Source: Eledone cirrhosa
Taxonomy: Eukaryota
Direction: 5' to 3'
Length of the DNA stretch: 64,000 nucleotides
Assembly (NCBI GenBank): GCA_964016885.1
Contig: OZ024747.1
Span: forward strand, 85,436,001-85,500,000
Shown here: positions 59,463 through 64,000 of the stretch, piece by piece
Layout: every line of letters begins with the position of its first letter
Numbering within the stretch: the first letter of the stretch is position 1
Notes under the pieces: generated by a model
The model's input: only the letters and a program-made list of their open reading frames with translations
Databases searched by the model: none
What the model was told of the DNA's origin: nothing
Program-made: the position numbers and the translations under genes

Positions 59463-60215
59463 TTTTTTTATTTTTTTATTTTTATTTTTTTTTTATTTAG
59501 GTTTGTTTTGATTCTGATAGCTTCTCATAATTTTCATAAGTCTACCCTTTCAATATCTTGATTAAAATATACGTAAGATAAATTTCTATACTAAATATAT
59601 GAAACATTATTTTAACTTAAGATACTCTATAGTGTTTTAAAGATATTTAATGTTTTGATATTTCTAGAATTCGTTTGTCCTTTAGACTATACTGATATAA
59701 TTGTATTTCCAAAATATAATCCTTTGGTATTTTAAATTTATATTGTTATAATTATATTTCCAAAGTATAATCCTTTAGTAATATATTGATATTTGATTAT
59801 CTCTATACAGATGTGTATGTGTGTATTAACATGCATATAAAAGTGTTATAGTTTTTTTTATGATTGTATATCTATCTGTATGTGTACATGAGCGATGCAG
59901 GTCTAACAATTGGTGAAGACGCACGCAAATATTTATTTATACATATGTATGTGTATATATATATATATGTATATGTATGTGTGTGGGTGAGAGTTATGTG
60001 TGTGCATGCCTACCCACGCATTTTTGATTGCAGATATGCATAATTTTAATCGTATATATGAAGGCATGAATGTTAATCGTATATATTTATGTATATATAC
60101 TGTGAACTTTTTATAACACAAGGAATGTATAGCAGTGATTAAGAGAATTCATTTGCGTTTTGTATGTCTATATTGTAGACCTGAGTAGATATAATTTCTA
60201 TTTTCACGACGTGCG

Positions 60216-60246
<31 letters not shown>

Positions 60247-61250
60247 CTATCTTTGCCGTAAGGTAGTGATTTCTCTAGCAATGTGTGCATTTTGGATGCT
60301 TAAACTCAAATTTTAGTATATTGATCTCAAGTTTTAAACTAAACATATAATCATTATTAAACAATGTTTAATTTCTCATATTATATATTTATGTCCCATT
60401 CATGAATATTAATATTTATATTTTTATTATTCATTTCATATAAATTGTTAACTCAACTTAAAATGACATGACGTAAAGTTTTCATTATCTCCCCCTCCCT
60501 CTATATATTATTTTTCTCTCTTGAGTCTTTCTATCTGTCTGATGACTTGATATTTCTCTGTTGTTTTCCTCTGTTTTTCTTATTTCTTCCTTTTTTCTTT
60601 TTTCTTTCTTTCCTCCTGTCTTTATTTATCTCCCTCTTTTTTCTCCATGCATTTCTCTCTCTCCGATATTTCTCCACGTTTTTTCTTTTTCTTTTTTTCT
60701 TTTTTTCTTTTTTTCTTTTTTTTCTTTTTTTCTTTTTTTCTTTTTTTCTTTTTTTCTTTTTTTCTTTTTTTCTTTTTTTCTTTTTTTCTTTTTTTCTTTT
60801 TTCTTTTTTTCTTTTTTTTCTTTTTTTCTTTTTTTCTTTTTTTCTTTTTTTCTTTTTTTCTTTTTTCCTTTTGTCTTTTTTTCTTTTTTCTCTCTCTCCG
60901 TCTTTTTTTCTTTCTCTCCGTCTTTTTCTAATTGTCCTTAACACTAAGACTTATTAAAATAATATAAACAATTCACTATCCAGATGGGTTCCAAAAATAA
61001 TGGTTGCATTTTAAAAGGGTACGTCAAAGCTTATTTGTAAAACTGTTATATATTGTATTTTGTCTGATGAAGGCATACCATAATTTAATTTGGTATCCCT
61101 GAAATATGTATAATGAAATAAATATGGTTTTATAAATATAGTTTCCATTTATTAATATCGTATATCTACTCCAAATACTTGTCGATTGCTTTATATCAGT
61201 TATAAAAATATTTACTTGTTGTATCCCAACAATTTTAAATAGAACTTTTG
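57947..61250. mobile_element. Pair of near-identical, outward-facing hammerhead modules (57947-58168 on -, ~60940-61250 on +) enclosing ~2.8 kb
   Basis: Hammerhead motifs at 57988-58052 (-) and 61056-61120 (+): tattttgt-CTGATGA...GAAA-tatgta-TA-atgaaata; both outer ends abut TA repeats. Confidence 0.75.
58430..59497. repeat. (TTTTTA)n expansion of ~1.07 kb; (TTTTTTTC)n at 60680-60870 and (TAGA)n at 63232-63313
   Basis: Directly visible; explains the 357-aa FY/FL ORF. Confidence 0.96.
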
Positions 61251-61918
61251 CATATATATATATGAGTTAATCTAGAAGTGTCTATCATGGGTGAATTGGA
61301 CGTTAGTGACGGGATTTATAAATACGCGGAGACGGCGTAAAAAGCAAGCAAGCAATGGTATATGCCTTGATATGAATCCGTATCCAATGAACCCGTTATC
61401 TGTCCACTATCTCTCATAAGAACTGTAGGTGTAGACGTATTTAATGCGCTGCATATGTGCAATACTGCTCGTACATGTGCACTGAGCATTATCTATGTCA
61501 GGGATGTAAACACAAGGATATGTATGTGGTTGAAAGAATATTTTGAATGTAATTATTTGTCTGCATACCATACAACAAATCCACTAGTATCTCTTCTTCT
61601 TCCGCCCCCTCTCTCTCTATACACACACACAGAATATATACACACACACAAGCGTGAAACTAATACTATTATCATTTGTACTGCCTCTCTGTTCATTTTT
61701 TGTTCTCTGTTCATTTATCAAACTATATATATATATGAGATCTTTAATATATCTCATATGAAATAATACAGCCAATTATCCACACAATACAATATAGTTA
61801 GCACTCCAAACGTTTAATTGGGAATATACTCCCGTATTTCCTAATGTTTGTTGAGTGAGTTGGAAATTGGTTGGAGTATCGCTATTAACTTTCTCCAACC
61901 AATGTAATTATATATATA

Positions 61919-62512
61919 CTAGCAGTGGTACCCGGCGTTGCACGGGATAAGGTATTTTGAAACGCGGGCCGCCAACAGATCTAATCGTGGAAAAACTGCA
62001 TGCCTGGACAATATGTAAAAAAAATAAACAGAATACTCTGATGGCTGGATAATCTTTAAGATTTTCCTCGATGAAGCAGCGAAAATGCAGGTTTTCACCT
62101 AATGCGGGCCCTTGGCGATCAAGAAAATGATTTTGTTTTAATGTGTATAATACGCCTTGAAATTTCGGGACAATCGGCTAGACGTAACACCTCAAAAAAG
62201 CCCTAAAAAGCTGAAAAAAGGAAGTGTTTCACCTAATGCGGGCCCTAGGCTATAAAAAAGTTGGATTTTCTTTGCTCACGGTATGAAGAAGAGACTGACT
62301 AATACATAGTTACAATTTCAAGGAAATCGGTCTGTCGTAACGCCTCGAAAAAACCCTAAAAAGCTGAAAAAACGCAGTTTTTCACCTAATGCAGACCCTA
62401 GAGGATCAAAGAGTTGAATTTTATGTGCATAACACTCCCTGAAACATAAGTAATACATATGTAAAGTTTGAAAAAAATAGGTTCGGTACTTCTCGAGTTT
62501 TAGGGATTCAAA

Positions 62513-62563
<51 letters not shown>

Positions 62564-62620
62564 CCTCAGGGAAGTGACGTAATACAGACAGCCGGACATA
62601 CAGACAGATATTATAAGGGC
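61919..62620 (-). mobile_element. Non-autonomous Helitron with internal ~135-155 bp subrepeats
   Basis: Minus-strand 3' end cccgtgcaacgccggg-taccactg-CTAG|T, same hairpin type as 41274; tttcacctaatgc recurs three times; 5' end approximate. Confidence 0.7.
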
Positions 62621-62744
62621 GCGATGTTATATGTATGTATCTATTTAAAAAGAGGAAAACTAAGAATTATAGAGAGAGATCGCTAAATCGCCTAATGAGG
62701 TCCCTAGGGCATTGGAAAAAAAAATTATATATATATATGTTTGA

Positions 62745-62819
62745 GCGCTGCTGATGAACGACTCCAACCCTGACCATCCCAAAGTTTCGCGAAATAGTCT
62801 TTTTAAGACTATACAGAGC
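62745..62819 (+). ncRNA. Type I hammerhead ribozyme motif with full hairpin stem III (AUA site)
   Basis: gcgctg-CTGATGA-acga..tcgc-GAAA-tagtctt ttt aagacta-TA-cagagc; module ends at (TA)n 62980, with an inverted copy of its tail at 63138-63230. Confidence 0.75.
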
Positions 62820-62978
62820 ATTTGTAGTTTTTCCAAATTGAAGGATGAGTATTTAAACTTTATATTATTCTGAGTTAAGGCTCTATTGAATTTTTCCTGG
62901 ATTTCACAAAATTCTATGGATTAATCTATGTCTTGATTTTTTAAAAATAGAGTTTGAATTATTTTCCCACATCTTACG

Positions 62979-63052
<74 letters not shown>

Positions 63053-63231
63053 TAAAGTATAGAAATTATTGTGAGCGTGAAGCCATCAGTATTTCATAAT
63101 ATATAAGTGACTATAACGTCAAAATGGAAAAATAGTTAACGTAAGATGTGGGAAAATAATTCAAACTCTATTTTTATAAAATCAAGACAGATTTATCAAT
63201 AGAATTTTGTGAAATCCAGGGAAAAATCAAT

Positions 63232-63314
<83 letters not shown>

Positions 63315-64000
63315 TCCTAACGTTTATTCAACAATAAAAGAATTTAAGTAGGCTAAGAAATGAAATCAAATTAGGCTTGACAGATTTCTAAATGCAACGT
63401 CGACTTCTGGAATGAAAGGGAAGGTTCTTAAATGATACAACGAAAGCATCAACCTATATATCTATCTTGCCAAATACTGCCAACATCTTTTTATAACCTC
63501 TACAGATTTACAGCAATAGATTTATAAAGCTGCCAAGAAGGGGTGAGAGAAAAAAACCTTCAGTAATGTGTAGGTGTGCATTAAGTAAGTTAAGCATAGC
63601 GGATACTAATGTTCTTTGATTGATGGTGTAGCGAACGTTGTGTTGTGTATGGGGCGGGGCGTAAGTCTGGTTATAACGTCTGCTTCTTCTAATTATTATC
63701 TTTAGTTTTCTTCTACCTATGATAAAAATAAACATAAGAAAACGTTACTTAGAATTACTGGAGGAAATATTGTAACTCAATACTGTCTTTGGTTACAAAT
63801 CGAATTTAGACTGAGGACCTCCTCAGCAGAATCAGTGAGTGCAACAAAAACAGGAACCTATCCATCTGCATAATAGGCAGTATGGATGTGGTATCACTGT
63901 ACCCATCCATTAACATTGATTTTGCTGTGGAAAAATGTGTGGAGATGATCATTGAGAGTGAGGTGGAGTTTTGCGACGTCGACACAGACGAACTGGCCCT

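Noticed and set aside
58427-59500. 357-aa F/Y/L ORF and the many YIYI ORFs across the window
   Set aside because: Simple-repeat translations.

Overview
AT-rich, repeat-saturated eukaryotic DNA with no recognisable intact host gene. The dense (TA)n tracts and the SINE/LINE families suggest an Octopus-like cephalopod (inference from recalled repeats, no search run). Nearly all ORFs in the track are microsatellite translations. Real coding remnants are retroelement-derived: a Tx1/L1-type LINE 3' part (~32860-34332), an R4/Dong-like RT plus restriction-like endonuclease element (~45443-47450), two RTE-like fragments and two Penelope-like fragments. Also present: four minisatellite arrays (19, 42, 65, 52 bp), a ~2 kb non-autonomous LTR element, two non-autonomous Helitrons, hAT/pogo/piggyBac MITEs and tRNA-type SINEs. 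The most striking signal is more than a dozen hand-foldable type I hammerhead ribozyme motifs (some with core variants) from about ten different sequence families. They sit in short Penelope-pLTR/retrozyme-like modules whose 3' ends abut (TA)n and which are very often duplicated as tail-out fold-backs. All folds, alignments and coordinates were read by eye and may be off by a few bases.
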